Made by a program: the position numbers and the translations under genes. A stretch of 64,000 nucleotides of DNA from positions 1,760,001-1,824,000 of the forward strand of contig OZ219816.1 of NCBI GenBank assembly GCA_964291235.2, given 5' to 3'. This DNA comes from Vicinamibacteria bacterium. GTDB lineage: Bacteria; Acidobacteriota; Vicinamibacteria; Marinacidobacterales; Marinacidobacteraceae. This document shows, piece by piece, positions 28,499 through 38,777 of this stretch (positions within the stretch are counted from its first letter, which is position 1; each line of letters starts with the position of its first letter). A model generated the notes under the pieces. It saw only the letters and a program-made list of their open reading frames with translations. It had not been told where the DNA came from and made no database searches.

Positions 28499-30649
28499 AT
28501 GCACTCGCCAGCTCGCGGCTTGCTCCGCAGGACACTCCTTCCCCTGTTGCTCGCGGCCTTCGTCTTCCGGGCGGAGACGGTGCCCGGCCAAGCCGTCACC
28601 ACCTCCGACCTCGAGACCGCCGCCGGGAACACCTCCGAGTGGCTCATGTACGGCCGCGATTACCACGCCCACCGCTACGTGGAGCTGGACCAGATCACGC
28701 CCGACAACGTGGACCGGCTCGATCCGGTTTGGGTCTTCGCCACCGGCGGCGCGAACCGGGGCCTCGAGGCCACCCCGCTGCTCCACGACGGGGTGATCTA
28801 CCTGTCGGCCGACGAATCCCGCGTTTTCGCGGTCGACGCGCGCACCGGGGGAAAGCTGTGGAGCTACGACCCGGAGATCGGGGTGGAGGTGGAGCGCGTC
28901 TTCTGCTGCGGTTCCATCAACCGCGGGGTGGCGCTCTTCGGCGACCTGGTTTATGTCGGCACCATGGACGCCCGCCTGGTGGCGCTCGACAAAAACACCG
29001 GCGAGGTGTCCTGGGAGGTCGAAGTCGCGGACTGGGAGCACGGCTACAGCATCACCGGCGCGCCGCTGGTCGTGAACGGACTGGTCCTCACCGGGATGGC
29101 CGGCGGGGAATACGGGGTCCGGGGCTTCGTGAAGGCCTACGACGCCGCGACCGGGGAACACCGCTGGACGACCTACACGATCCCCGGCCCCGGCGAGCCG
29201 GGGAACGAGACCTGGCCGGGGGACACCTGGAAGAACGGCGGCGGCCCCACCTGGACCACCGGAGTCTTCGACCCGGAACTGAACCTCGTTTACTGGAACA
29301 CCGGGAATGCCGCGCCCTGGAATTGCCACGTCCGGAAGGGCGACAACCAGTGGACCGCCGCCACCATCGCCATCGACCCGGGCGACGGCAGTATCCGCTG
29401 GGGCTTTCAGTACACGCCCTGGGACTGCTGGGACTACGACGCGGTCAGCACCCCCGTCCTCGCCGACGTGACGCTCCCCGGTCACGGCCCCGTGAAGGCG
29501 CTCTTCCACCACGACAAGAACGGCTTCTTCTACGCGCTCGACCGCACGGACGGCCGTTTCCTCTACGGCGAGGCCATCGTCCCGGGCATCAATTGGGCCT
29601 TCGGCCTCGACCCCGAAACAGGACGACCGGACGTCAACCCGGACATGGTGGCCGAGTCCGGCGGCCCCGAAGTGGGGCCCATCATCCCGAGCCTCGAGGG
29701 CGCCATCGACTGGCAGCCGCTGGCCTACAACCCCGAGCGCCAGGCGCTCTACTTCATGTCGAACCAGTGGGCGATGGGCTACCGGTTCTGGGCAGAGGAC
29801 GAATTCGAACCGCCGACCCTGGGTGAGTGGTACCTGGGGGCCGACTACCAGCAGTACCTGACGAGCGACAACCCCGGCAACTTCGTCGGTTTCGACGTGG
29901 TCAACGGGGAGGTGCTGTGGCGGGTGGTGAGTCCCGCGCCCTTCTGGGCGGGCGCGGTGGCGACCTCCAGCGGGCTCGTGTTCACCGGCGACATGCGCGG
30001 CTATTTCATGGCGATCGACGCGGACGACGGCGAGGTCCTCTGGCAGTTCCAGACCGGCTCCGGAATCATCGGGAGCCCCATCACCTACGAGCTTGACGGC
30101 GTCCAGTACGTCGCGGTCCCCTCCGGCGGGATCGGCGGCGACATGACCTTCTACTACACCGAGCCGAAGGCCGGGAACCTCTGGGTCTTCGCCCTCGACG
30201 GCGCCCGCCCGGTGCGCGAACAGGCGGGCACGAACCTCGTCACCCTGCCGGGCGGCCTGCCGCGGGTGGGCGAACCGGGAGCGACGCTCGGGGGCCGCGT
30301 GTTGCCGGGATATGGATTCCCGGCCACGGAAGGCGCACGGCCGCTACCGGCCGCAACTCCCACGGCTCCGGTGGAGGCGCCGTCCGGCGAGGCCGCCAAC
30401 CCCCTCCTGGGAGAGGAAGGGGCGATCGAGGCCGGCCTCGGCATCTACCGGTCCAGCTGCGTGGGATGCCACCTGGCCGGGGCGGGTGCGGGGGAGAACG
30501 TGTTCCGGAGCCGGCTGACCCACCGCCGGTTCTTCGAGGTCGTGGCGGAGGGCGTCGAGGAGAACAACATGCCCCCCTTCGGGGAATTGCTATCCGCGGA
30601 GGAGATCTGGCAGGTCCACGCCTACCTGATGTCGCGAGACCGGCCCTGA
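28499..30649 (+). CDS. PQQ-dependent alcohol dehydrogenase with C-terminal cytochrome c (quinohemoprotein), possibly lanthanide-dependent
   Basis: WLMYGRDY, EATPL, vicinal CC (28904-28909), GGEYGVRG, GNAAPW, DCWDYDAV; heme motif CVGCH and MPPF. Confidence 0.9.
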   Translation: MHSPARGLLRRTLLPLLLAAFVFRAETVPGQAVTTSDLETAAGNTSEWLMYGRDYHAHRYVELDQITPDNVDRLDPVWVFATGGANRGLEATPLLHDGVIYLSADESRVFAVDARTGGKLWSYDPEIGVEVERVFCCGSINRGVALFGDLVYVGTMDARLVALDKNTGEVSWEVEVADWEHGYSITGAPLVVNGLVLTGMAGGEYGVRGFVKAYDAATGEHRWTTYTIPGPGEPGNETWPGDTWKNGGGPTWTTGVFDPELNLVYWNTGNAAPWNCHVRKGDNQWTAATIAIDPGDGSIRWGFQYTPWDCWDYDAVSTPVLADVTLPGHGPVKALFHHDKNGFFYALDRTDGRFLYGEAIVPGINWAFGLDPETGRPDVNPDMVAESGGPEVGPIIPSLEGAIDWQPLAYNPERQALYFMSNQWAMGYRFWAEDEFEPPTLGEWYLGADYQQYLTSDNPGNFVGFDVVNGEVLWRVVSPAPFWAGAVATSSGLVFTGDMRGYFMAIDADDGEVLWQFQTGSGIIGSPITYELDGVQYVAVPSGGIGGDMTFYYTEPKAGNLWVFALDGARPVREQAGTNLVTLPGGLPRVGEPGATLGGRVLPGYGFPATEGARPLPAATPTAPVEAPSGEAANPLLGEEGAIEAGLGIYRSSCVGCHLAGAGAGENVFRSRLTHRRFFEVVAEGVEENNMPPFGELLSAEEIWQVHAYLMSRDRP

Positions 30650-30721
30650 GGCGGTTTTGTCCGCTTGCTCGGCAAGCTGGATACCCGGGACTCCGCCTGC
30701 CGTGCCGTGTATGGTCGGGGC

Positions 30722-30931
30722 ATGCCGCACACCACGGTGGAAATTGACGACGAGGCCTGCGCTACCGTCATGCGCCGCTATCGGCTGAGTTCGAAGCGGG
30801 AAGCGGTAAACCTGGCGCTGCGCCTGCTTGCCGCCGAACCTATGCGCCCCGACGAGCCCCGGCGTCTTCGCGGTGCGGACTGGGTCGGCGATCTGGACGA
30901 GATGCGCCGTCGTCGTGTGACGTGCTCCTGA
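30722..30931 (+). CDS. vapB: VapB-type antitoxin
   Basis: MPHTTVEIDDEAC..VMRRY.L.SKREAVNLALR...W.GDLDEMR. Confidence 0.82.
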   Translation: MPHTTVEIDDEACATVMRRYRLSSKREAVNLALRLLAAEPMRPDEPRRLRGADWVGDLDEMRRRRVTCS

Positions 30932-31062
30932 TCGACTCCTCCGCGTGGGTCGAGTGCCTGGGTGACACCGGATCGAGCGAGTGCGAGCATAGAAGTCGAG
31001 ACATTGGGGCGGCTCTTCCGGCGACACGCCCGCGGTCGCTCCTGCCGTCCAATTCCGGATGA
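30922..31062 (+). pseudogene. vapC: Truncated VapC (PIN) toxin, N-terminal fragment
   Basis: Overlaps vapB; VLLIDSSAWVECLGDTGS then degenerates to a stop after 46 codons. Confidence 0.7.
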
Positions 31063-31778
31063 CGGATTCCACCGGCTTCTCAACCTTCGCCGCGCCGCAT
31101 CTGGTGGCGTTGGCGCTGACAGTGGCCCTGCCCCTCGGACTCGCCGGGCTCGCCCGGCGGCTCGGCGGCGGAGCCCCGAACGTCATCGCCCGGCTCCTCG
31201 CCGGGATGCTGCTCGCGAACGAGTTCACCTACTGGGCGATCCGGATCAGCCAGATCGGCCTCGACGGCTGGATCCGGAATCACATGCCCCTGCACGTCTG
31301 CGGAGTGGCGGTGTTGCTGACCACCTGGACTCTGCTCTACCGCAGTGAGAAGACGTTCCAAATCGTCTATTTCTGGGGCCTTGCCGGCGCCGCGAATGCC
31401 GTACTCACGCCGGGTGGCCTCGCGGTGGACTTTCCTCAGTACCGCTTCTTCCAGTACTTCATCGCCCATTCGGGCATCGTGACGGGGGTGCTCTTCGCCA
31501 CCTGGGGACTCGGGATGCGGCCGACGCTGCGGGGGATGTTCCGCGCTTTCGCCTACCTGGCCGTCTTCGCGGGGTTGGTCGCCATCGTCAATCTGTTGCT
31601 GGGCTCGAACTTCATGTGGCTTTCCGGACCGCCTCCCGGCACCGTGTCTCCGTTCTTCGCAGCTCCCTGGCCCTGGTACCTCCCGATCCTGGCGGCGGTC
31701 GGCCTCGCGATGTTCTTCGTGGTGCTGTCGCCGTTCCTGGTGACGGAGTGGTGGGGGCGAAGAGCTGGTCGAACCTGA
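31059..31778 (+). CDS. TIGR02206/YwaF family integral membrane protein
   Basis: MPLHVC, YFWGLAGA..A.LTP, YFIAH, GSNFMWL..PP, PWPWY. Confidence 0.88.
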   Translation: MTDSTGFSTFAAPHLVALALTVALPLGLAGLARRLGGGAPNVIARLLAGMLLANEFTYWAIRISQIGLDGWIRNHMPLHVCGVAVLLTTWTLLYRSEKTFQIVYFWGLAGAANAVLTPGGLAVDFPQYRFFQYFIAHSGIVTGVLFATWGLGMRPTLRGMFRAFAYLAVFAGLVAIVNLLLGSNFMWLSGPPPGTVSPFFAAPWPWYLPILAAVGLAMFFVVLSPFLVTEWWGRRAGRT

Positions 31779-31792
31779 CCCGGCGCGCTTGA

Positions 31793-32006
31793 TCAGGCGG
31801 CGGCGATGCCGGTCCGGGAGGGATCTTCGCCCTGAGGAGGGGCTCCCGGAGGACATCGGCCAGCGCGTAGGCGAAGCAGTCTCCGAAGTTGAGGACGGCG
31901 TGTTTTCCCTTGCCGAAGCGTCGCCACGCCTCCCGCGCCACCTCCAGGTGCTCAACGGTCAACGGCTCCAACCGGATGCCCGTCTTCTCGGTGATGCGGC
32001 CGAATC
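31793..32006 (-). pseudogene. vapC: Frameshifted C-terminal fragment of a second VapC (PIN) toxin
   Basis: AREAWRRFGKGKHAVLNFGDCFAYALA...EPLL, then in a shifted frame GEDPSRTGIAAA*; no 5' half. Confidence 0.78.
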
Positions 32007-32018
32007 TGCCTGGCAGGG

Positions 32019-34520
32019 TCAGTCGGTCCGCAGGGCGTTCATCGGCGTGATGCGCATTGCGCGGCTGGAAGCGATCCAACTCGCCCCGGTCGCAGCGAGG
32101 GTCAGGAGGGCGGCGCCCAATACATAGACGACGGGATTGGCAGGGGTCACGCCGAAAAGGAAGCCTCGCAGTGCTGCCCCGGCGCCAAGACTCCCAATCA
32201 ATCCGACGGACAAACCGACAACGACGAGTTTGAGCGTTCCCCCAACCATCATCCTGCGCACCTTCGTTGGGGTCGCTCCGAGCGCCATCCGGACACCTAC
32301 TTCTTTGGTGCGCTTTGCGATCAGATACGAGACCACGCCATAGAGACCAACGAGAACGAGAACCAGCGCGGCACCGGCCGCAAGGGTCACCAGCACGAGA
32401 AGCAGACCGTTCCGGCCCATGGATCGGTCCAGCACGCTGCTCATGGTCTCGGCCTCCTCCAGGGCGATTCCGGTGTCCAGGTCGGCAAAGATGCGACGCA
32501 CCTCGGGAACCGCGGCGACCGGATCTGCCGACCGCATGCGCACCACAATATTCATGGCCGTGTCGAACCAGCCGCTTTCGCCGGGGATGTGCGCCAGGGG
32601 GTAGTAGACGTGAATGGCCGGTGTCTCGGTCACCGACGACCCGAAGACATCGCCGACGACTCCAACCACCGTGTACCAAGGCTCCCTCCGACCATGTGGC
32701 GCGAGGCGCTTCCCAAGGGGGTCTTCGCCCGGCCAGAACCGGTCAGCGAATCCCCGGCTCACCACAGCACTGCCACGGGAGGGATCGTCGAGATCCGTCG
32801 TCTCCAGCGTCCTCCCGCGGAGGAGGGGAATCCCCATCGCTCGGAAATACCCCGGTGTGACGATGTCCTGGGCCGCACACGACGTGAGTTCCGAAGAGCC
32901 AAGCCGTGCTGTCACGGCCCTGTCGGCGAAGGCCTGCACTACGCAGCCGCCGGTAGCAAAGGGCACGCTGGAAACGGCGCCGACGACAGCGACACCGGGT
33001 AGCGCTTCGATTCGCGATTCCGCCTCCCGTAGGAGTCGCCACCAACTGGAGTGGTCCTGAGAGCGGCCACTCGGATGGGCAGTGACCTTCACGACTCCAT
33101 CCGGATTAATTCCGGGGTCCGCGACGGCCAGATTGCGGAAGCTCGCCAGCAGGAAACCCGCGGCAACCAGCAAGATCAGGGCAAGCCCCACCTGGCCGGC
33201 TACCAACCCCGAACGCGTGCGCTGTCGCTGGAAGGAGGTCGTCGCACCCCGACCCGCGTCCGCCAGCGGGGCACGCAGATCGCGAGTAGACCAGACTGCC
33301 AATGCCGCGAGCGCGGCCGCGAGTACGAACGACACCGCCACGGCAAACGCGACCGCAGCGTAGTCGACCGCCACTTCATCAACGCGGGGCAGGAGCACCG
33401 GAGTTGCAGCGACCAGATACCTACACAGGGACCAGGCGACCGCGAGGCCGAGCAAGCCGCTGGCACCCGCAAGTAACGCGCTCTGCGCCGCAAAGTAACG
33501 GCCGGTCATGGCCTGATCCGCGCCGACGGCGACGCGGACGCCCAAATCGCTCCGCTGGGTTTCGACGCGAGCGAGCATCAAGCAGGCGATATCCGCCCAC
33601 GCGACCAGCAGGAGCAGCGCAGCCGCCCCCAGCAAGATGGGCAACAACACCGCGGTGTCTCCCACCAAGTGGGTCTTCAAGTCCCGCAGCCGGCTGCGAA
33701 AGCCAAACCGCTCCATGAAGTCACCCACGAACTGGGCACCGTACGCCTCGGGATAGGCATCGGGCAGGGTTGCCGTCAGGCTGTCCACCTCAGCTTGCGC
33801 AGGACCAAGCGTTGCACCTCGCGCGAGTCTGGCGATGACGACCGTAGTGTGATCGTTGTAGTGCGTCCCACCGGGGTCGAGAATGTTCGGAAGCCAAACA
33901 TCCGTGTCGTCCGCGAGTCTGTGCCCCATCGGATCAACAACCCCAATGATCGGCACGGCCACCTCTGTTCCGCCGACAACACCCGGTCCAATCCGTATTG
34001 CCTTACCAACCACATCCGGGTCGCCGCCGAAGTAGCGGCGCCAGAAGCCTCGCGACAAGACGGCGACCAGCGGCGCGCCGGGGTCGTCGTCGGCTTCCAG
34101 GAGACTTCGCCCGAGCGCAGCGCGCGCACCGAACATCCTGTGGATACCGGCGGTTGCGAACGCCACGCGCACTCGGGTGGCCGCTCGCGAGTTCCGGGGC
34201 CCGACGCTGGCAGCCTGGTGCCGAAGCGCCCCGATGTCGTCAAACGCTTCGGCGTGCTCGCGAAAATGGAGGTATTGAGCGTTTGATGCACCCCACTCCG
34301 CCTCTACCCCGGAACCCGGCACCTCGCTCCGAACAATGACCAGGCGACCGGCATCAGGGAAAGCCAAGGGATCGATGAGAACCCGCTTGACCGTGGCATA
34401 CAGGGCGACGGTGGCACCGATGCCGAGACCGAGCACGAGCACGGCGACAGCAGTGAAACCCGGACTGCGTGCGAGGCCGCGGGTAGCCTGACGACAGTCG
34501 ATCAACCAGCGGTGGAGCAT
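32019..34520 (-). CDS. ABC transporter permease, MacB/FtsX duplicated (ADOP-like)
   Basis: RSPGFTAVAVLVLGLGIGA, two MacB_PCD/FtsX modules, RTKEVGVRMALGA, P..ALRTD. Confidence 0.9.
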   Translation of the reverse strand: MLHRWLIDCRQATRGLARSPGFTAVAVLVLGLGIGATVALYATVKRVLIDPLAFPDAGRLVIVRSEVPGSGVEAEWGASNAQYLHFREHAEAFDDIGALRHQAASVGPRNSRAATRVRVAFATAGIHRMFGARAALGRSLLEADDDPGAPLVAVLSRGFWRRYFGGDPDVVGKAIRIGPGVVGGTEVAVPIIGVVDPMGHRLADDTDVWLPNILDPGGTHYNDHTTVVIARLARGATLGPAQAEVDSLTATLPDAYPEAYGAQFVGDFMERFGFRSRLRDLKTHLVGDTAVLLPILLGAAALLLLVAWADIACLMLARVETQRSDLGVRVAVGADQAMTGRYFAAQSALLAGASGLLGLAVAWSLCRYLVAATPVLLPRVDEVAVDYAAVAFAVAVSFVLAAALAALAVWSTRDLRAPLADAGRGATTSFQRQRTRSGLVAGQVGLALILLVAAGFLLASFRNLAVADPGINPDGVVKVTAHPSGRSQDHSSWWRLLREAESRIEALPGVAVVGAVSSVPFATGGCVVQAFADRAVTARLGSSELTSCAAQDIVTPGYFRAMGIPLLRGRTLETTDLDDPSRGSAVVSRGFADRFWPGEDPLGKRLAPHGRREPWYTVVGVVGDVFGSSVTETPAIHVYYPLAHIPGESGWFDTAMNIVVRMRSADPVAAVPEVRRIFADLDTGIALEEAETMSSVLDRSMGRNGLLLVLVTLAAGAALVLVLVGLYGVVSYLIAKRTKEVGVRMALGATPTKVRRMMVGGTLKLVVVGLSVGLIGSLGAGAALRGFLFGVTPANPVVYVLGAALLTLAATGASWIASSRAMRITPMNALRTD

Positions 34521-34606
34521 CGTCCTTTACCCGCGGCCGGCTCGGTATCCGCTGAGGTCCGTCATGAAACGAGACGCCACCGATGCGGCAGACGATTCAC
34601 GGCTCG

Positions 34607-36217
34607 CTAGCGTCGATCGGCCTCCCGGGCGGCGCGAAACTCGCTCGTTTCGCTCCACTCGGGCCATGCGTCCGAATCGGCGAGGCGGCGACCCATCCGG
34701 TAGAGGAACTCGAGGTCGTCCACCATCCCGGAGAGGTCGTACCAGTCCTCCACCTCGTCGCCCGGCTTGTGGTACGCCTCGGCCACGTAGGCGGCCCGGA
34801 CCTCCATGCCGTAGCCCGCGGGCTTGCCGATGAAGTCCACACCGCCGTCCGGGTAGAAAGCGGGGATGCCCACCTTGGCGAACTCGAAGTGGTCGGAGCG
34901 GTAGTAGTACCCCTTGTCCGGCTCGGGGTCGGGGGTCAGCTCCCGGCCGAGCTCCGCCGCCACCGCGGCGGCGACGTCATCGAGCTCGGACTGCCCGAGG
35001 CCGACGACCGTGATATCGGTGGTGCGACCCCAGACGTTCATCCCGTCCATATTGAGCGCCGCCACCGTGTCCGCCGCCGGATAGAGCGGGTTTTCGGCGT
35101 AGTGGCGGGAGCCGAGCAGCCCCTGCTCTTCGGCGGTGACCGCCAGGAACACGATGCTGCGACGCGGCGCCCCGTCGGCGGCGAAGGCCTCGGCCAGCGC
35201 CAGCAGGCCGGTCGTGCCGGTGGCGTTATCGAAGGCGCCGTTGAAGATGTTGTCGCCCTCCATTCCGAGCGCGGTGCCGAGGTGATCCCAGTGGGCGGTG
35301 TAGATGACGGTTTCACCGGGCGAGTCCGTACCCGGCAGGCGCGCTACGACGTTGTTGGAGTCAATCTCGCGGTGCGAGGTCTCGAGGGTGAAGCTCGCCG
35401 TGACGCCGAGCGGCATTGGACTGAAATCGGGAGAAACGGCCGTCTCTCTGGCCGCCTCGAAGTCCGTTCCCGCGGCCTCGAACAGGGAGATCGCCTGCTC
35501 CCGGGAGATCCAGCCCTCCACCTCGAGCCGATCCGTGTTGCCGCCGGGGGTGCGCAGGCCGAACTGTTCCCCGGTCCAGGAGCCGCTCACCACCTCCCAG
35601 GGATAGCCGGCAGGGCCTGTTTCGTGGACGATGAGCGCCCCGAGCGCCCCCATCGCGGCGGCCTTTTCGAACTTGTAGGTCCAGCGGCCGTAGTAGGTCA
35701 TCGCGTCGCCGCCGAAGTGGTGCTCTCCGGGCGGATCGTTCACGAGCACCACCAGGATCTTGCCCGCGAGGTCGGCGTCTCCGAAGTCATCCCAGCCATA
35801 TTCCGGCGCCTGGACGCCGTAGCCGACAAAGAGCAGTTCTCCGGAGGCGTTCACCTCCGGCACCACGCGATTCGTCCAGGCCACGAAGTCCACCGCCGGT
35901 TCCCAGTCGCCTCCCGGATCGGAGGAGGCCTGCATGGTGATGGCGGTGGAACCCATCAGCGGCACCGCCTGGACCCAGGTGCCGTCCGGGTTGCCGGGTT
36001 GGAGTCCCAGTTCCTCAAACGCCCCCGTGAGGTAGGCAACGGTCTTCTCCTCTCCGGGCGAGGCGGGCGCCCGGCCGCCGAACTCGTCGGACGCGAGGGT
36101 GGAGATGTGGGAGAGGAGGCGACCCTCATCGAAACGCGGGCCGGATTCGCCACAGCCGGCGAGCGGCAGGGCGGCAATGAGGACGGCGGACACCACCGGG
36201 AACAGGGCACGAAGCAT
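34607..36217 (-). CDS. M28 family peptidase with PA domain, lipoprotein
   Basis: LASDEFGGR, TAHWDHLG, NGAFDNATG, VTAEEQGLLGS, NMDG, RSDH, YHKPGD. Confidence 0.92.
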   Translation of the reverse strand: MLRALFPVVSAVLIAALPLAGCGESGPRFDEGRLLSHISTLASDEFGGRAPASPGEEKTVAYLTGAFEELGLQPGNPDGTWVQAVPLMGSTAITMQASSDPGGDWEPAVDFVAWTNRVVPEVNASGELLFVGYGVQAPEYGWDDFGDADLAGKILVVLVNDPPGEHHFGGDAMTYYGRWTYKFEKAAAMGALGALIVHETGPAGYPWEVVSGSWTGEQFGLRTPGGNTDRLEVEGWISREQAISLFEAAGTDFEAARETAVSPDFSPMPLGVTASFTLETSHREIDSNNVVARLPGTDSPGETVIYTAHWDHLGTALGMEGDNIFNGAFDNATGTTGLLALAEAFAADGAPRRSIVFLAVTAEEQGLLGSRHYAENPLYPAADTVAALNMDGMNVWGRTTDITVVGLGQSELDDVAAAVAAELGRELTPDPEPDKGYYYRSDHFEFAKVGIPAFYPDGGVDFIGKPAGYGMEVRAAYVAEAYHKPGDEVEDWYDLSGMVDDLEFLYRMGRRLADSDAWPEWSETSEFRAAREADRR

Positions 36218-36336
36218 GGAGCGGCTCTCCTTGGGAAGGGAACAAAGTCTGCCAGAATCCCGTCTTTGTACGAGATTCGCGCGGCTGCGCGGATCATCAA
36301 CGGTCCGGGGGTTCCTCCGGAAACAGGAGCCTCTCG

Positions 36337-36825
36337 ATGCCGACTTCCTATTCCTCCACCTGGGCGCTGGTTCGCACCCCGGTCCTGATCACGCTCGCGG
36401 TCACGGCGCTGCGCCTGCTGGGCGCCCTCGGCGGCCTGCCCGATTTCCTGGTGAACCGCGAGGCCGGCGGAATGGGCGCCATCATCGGGATCGTCTGGCT
36501 GTCCCCGATCTTCGCGTTCTGGTTCGGCCGCCAACACGCCCGTTCCGGAAACACCGGAATCGGAGCGGCGCTCAAGACGAACTTCGTCTATGGACTCGGG
36601 GCCCGGATCCCGGTCATCCTCATCATGCTCCTCGCCACCCTCGGCGACTGGGGCACCCACTACGACGCCTATCCGCCGGAGATGGAGGCGACGATGGGTC
36701 CGGTGGCCCAGTGGTTCTGGGGCGGCCTGCTCGCGCAGGTCGGCTTCTGGCTCGTCATCTGGACCACCATCCTCGGCGGCCTCATCACCTGGCTGACCGC
36801 GAAGTTCAGCGCCCGGAGCGCTTGA
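36337..36825 (+). CDS. Hypothetical membrane protein
   Basis: AGGAG RBS, four hydrophobic segments, precedes the DinB-family gene. Confidence 0.7.
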   Translation: MPTSYSSTWALVRTPVLITLAVTALRLLGALGGLPDFLVNREAGGMGAIIGIVWLSPIFAFWFGRQHARSGNTGIGAALKTNFVYGLGARIPVILIMLLATLGDWGTHYDAYPPEMEATMGPVAQWFWGGLLAQVGFWLVIWTTILGGLITWLTAKFSARSA

Positions 36826-36829
36826 GCCG

Positions 36830-37369
36830 ATGACCTCAACAGCCGCCGATCTCCGATTTCCGATCGGCAAGTTCGCCGACCCGGGCGCGATTACCGAGCA
36901 CCACGTCCGTGCCTGGGCTGGCGACGTCGCCGCGCTGCCAGGGGACCTGCGCCAGACGGTGACGCCGCTCAACGACGAGCAGCTGAACACGCCGTACCGC
37001 CCCGGCGGCTGGACCATCCGCCAGGTGGTCCATCACCTGCCCGACAGCCACCTGAATTGCTTGCTGCGCTTCCGTTGGGCCCTGACCGAGAATCGTCCGG
37101 TCATCAAGCCCTACGACGAAGCGGCCGTGGCGGCTCTACCGGACTACCGGTCGGCGCCGATCGGCCATTCGCTCGACCTGCTCGACAGCCTGCACGCACG
37201 GTGGGTAGACATCATTCGGAGCCTGAGCTGGGACCAGTTGCAACGGACGTTCGTGAACCCGGAGTCCGGCGAGGACACGCTGGCCCGGACCGTCGGGATC
37301 TACGCGTGGCACGGCCGGCACCATCTCGCCCACATCGAGAAACGGATCGAGCGTGAGAACTGGGCCTGA
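36830..37369 (+). CDS. YfiT/BstA-like DinB-superfamily thiol transferase
   Basis: LRFPIGKF, YRPGGWTIRQVVHHLPDSH, IKPYDE, YAWHGRHHLAHI. Confidence 0.9.
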   Translation: MTSTAADLRFPIGKFADPGAITEHHVRAWAGDVAALPGDLRQTVTPLNDEQLNTPYRPGGWTIRQVVHHLPDSHLNCLLRFRWALTENRPVIKPYDEAAVAALPDYRSAPIGHSLDLLDSLHARWVDIIRSLSWDQLQRTFVNPESGEDTLARTVGIYAWHGRHHLAHIEKRIERENWA

Positions 37370-37390
37370 CCCGCTGGCCCCGGCGGTCCT

Positions 37391-37795
37391 TCAGTAGGCC
37401 ACCGCCAGCCGGAAACGCGCGCCGGCGCGAACGGCGGCCGACAGGACGGTTTCCAGCTCGGTGAGTTCCGTGACCAGGGTGTCCTCCCCGGGAAAGCCCT
37501 CCGGGGCACCGGACACCGTGCCGAGGAGCGTCTGCACGAGCCGGAGCCCGACGCGGGAGTCAAACCACCCCGCCGGAGTAACCGCATCCACGTCCGTATC
37601 GAAATTGAGATCCGCGGCGAGGATCTCGGACTCCTCGGGGCTCATGCTGACGAACTCGTCGAGCGGCTGGAGTCCGGCCTCTTCGGCGACCTCCGACAGT
37701 TCCCAACGGGCCTGATTCAGTGCGTAGCCCTCGAAGTCCTCGGGGGTCACGCCCTCGACCTGGCGATCGAGGGCGACCGAAATGCCTACGCCCAA
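37391..37795 (-). CDS. Hypothetical protein
   Basis: Acidic ORF co-oriented with its neighbours, filling the gap. Confidence 0.6.
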   Translation of the reverse strand: MGVGISVALDRQVEGVTPEDFEGYALNQARWELSEVAEEAGLQPLDEFVSMSPEESEILAADLNFDTDVDAVTPAGWFDSRVGLRLVQTLLGTVSGAPEGFPGEDTLVTELTELETVLSAAVRAGARFRLAVAY

Positions 37796-37807
37796 GAGAT
37801 GGAATCG

Positions 37808-38728
37808 TCAGTCGGTGGGCGCGGAGCCGGGCAGGTAGCGCTGCTCTCCCGCTTCAATCCGAATGGAGAGGCGGTTTTGCGGCGGCGGGGTCGGACAGGT
37901 AGTGAACCTGTTGAAACCGCAGGGTGGGTTCTCGGCGCGGTTGAAGTCCAGGACCGCCCAGCCGTCCTGCGCCGGGGGCGTCTCCAGGAAGCGCGCCGAG
38001 GGATAGGTCTCGTTGCCGCTCGTGCCGTCGGAAATGATGAAGAACAGGTCGCCGTTCGACCGGTTGAACGCCTGCAGCCGGATCTCCTCACCGTCCAGCT
38101 CGAAGACCGCTTCGCCGTCGGATTCGTAGTTCTCGACATCCCCCCGAATGTTGATCGCCTCCACGTGACGGCGCTCGGGATAGCGCTCGAACGCGGCGGC
38201 CACCCGGAACTTCGGATCGAGTGGGAACCACCGGCGCCCGGTGAAGTTCACGCGCAGGGAGTTGTCCAGATCGCGCATCCGGAGCGCCCGGCGCTCCCCG
38301 CTCGAGTGCAGCCAGAAGCTCACGCGGTCGTCCAGGACGACCGCTCCCGCTTCTCCCCTTTCCAGCACGCCTTCGGTGAAGGGCTCGCCGGCGACCAGGG
38401 CGTTGACGCCGTCGGCGACCTTGGCCATGGCTTTGCCGTCCGCCGTCCAGGATACGGTGACCGCCGCCTCGGGAAACCGGTCGGGAAGGCGCAGGTCGGC
38501 GTCCTCGCCGCTCCCCACGAGATGGTCGCCGACGGTGAGGAAATGGAGTCCGGCGACGGTGAGCCAACTGCCGTCCGAAGTCAGCTCCTCCTCGACGGTC
38601 ACGCGGTGAGTTTCCTCACCCGTCCTCCAGGCCGATTCGTCGAACGGCGGAGACCCGCCGCCGCTACAGCCCATCCCGGCGAAGGCGAGAGCAGTAAGGA
38701 ACAGGCCGGGCCGGAGGTGAGTGCGCAT
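37808..38728 (-). CDS. DUF1684 domain protein
   Basis: SWLTVAGL, F...DGTSGNETYP.ARFL, LDFNRAENPPC.FN.FTTCP.PPPQN.L. Confidence 0.9.
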   Translation of the reverse strand: MRTHLRPGLFLTALAFAGMGCSGGGSPPFDESAWRTGEETHRVTVEEELTSDGSWLTVAGLHFLTVGDHLVGSGEDADLRLPDRFPEAAVTVSWTADGKAMAKVADGVNALVAGEPFTEGVLERGEAGAVVLDDRVSFWLHSSGERRALRMRDLDNSLRVNFTGRRWFPLDPKFRVAAAFERYPERRHVEAINIRGDVENYESDGEAVFELDGEEIRLQAFNRSNGDLFFIISDGTSGNETYPSARFLETPPAQDGWAVLDFNRAENPPCGFNRFTTCPTPPPQNRLSIRIEAGEQRYLPGSAPTD

Positions 38729-38777
38729 GGAGGGATTGTAAGTTCGAGCGCCCCGGCGCCGGCAAGGACGGAAGGCG

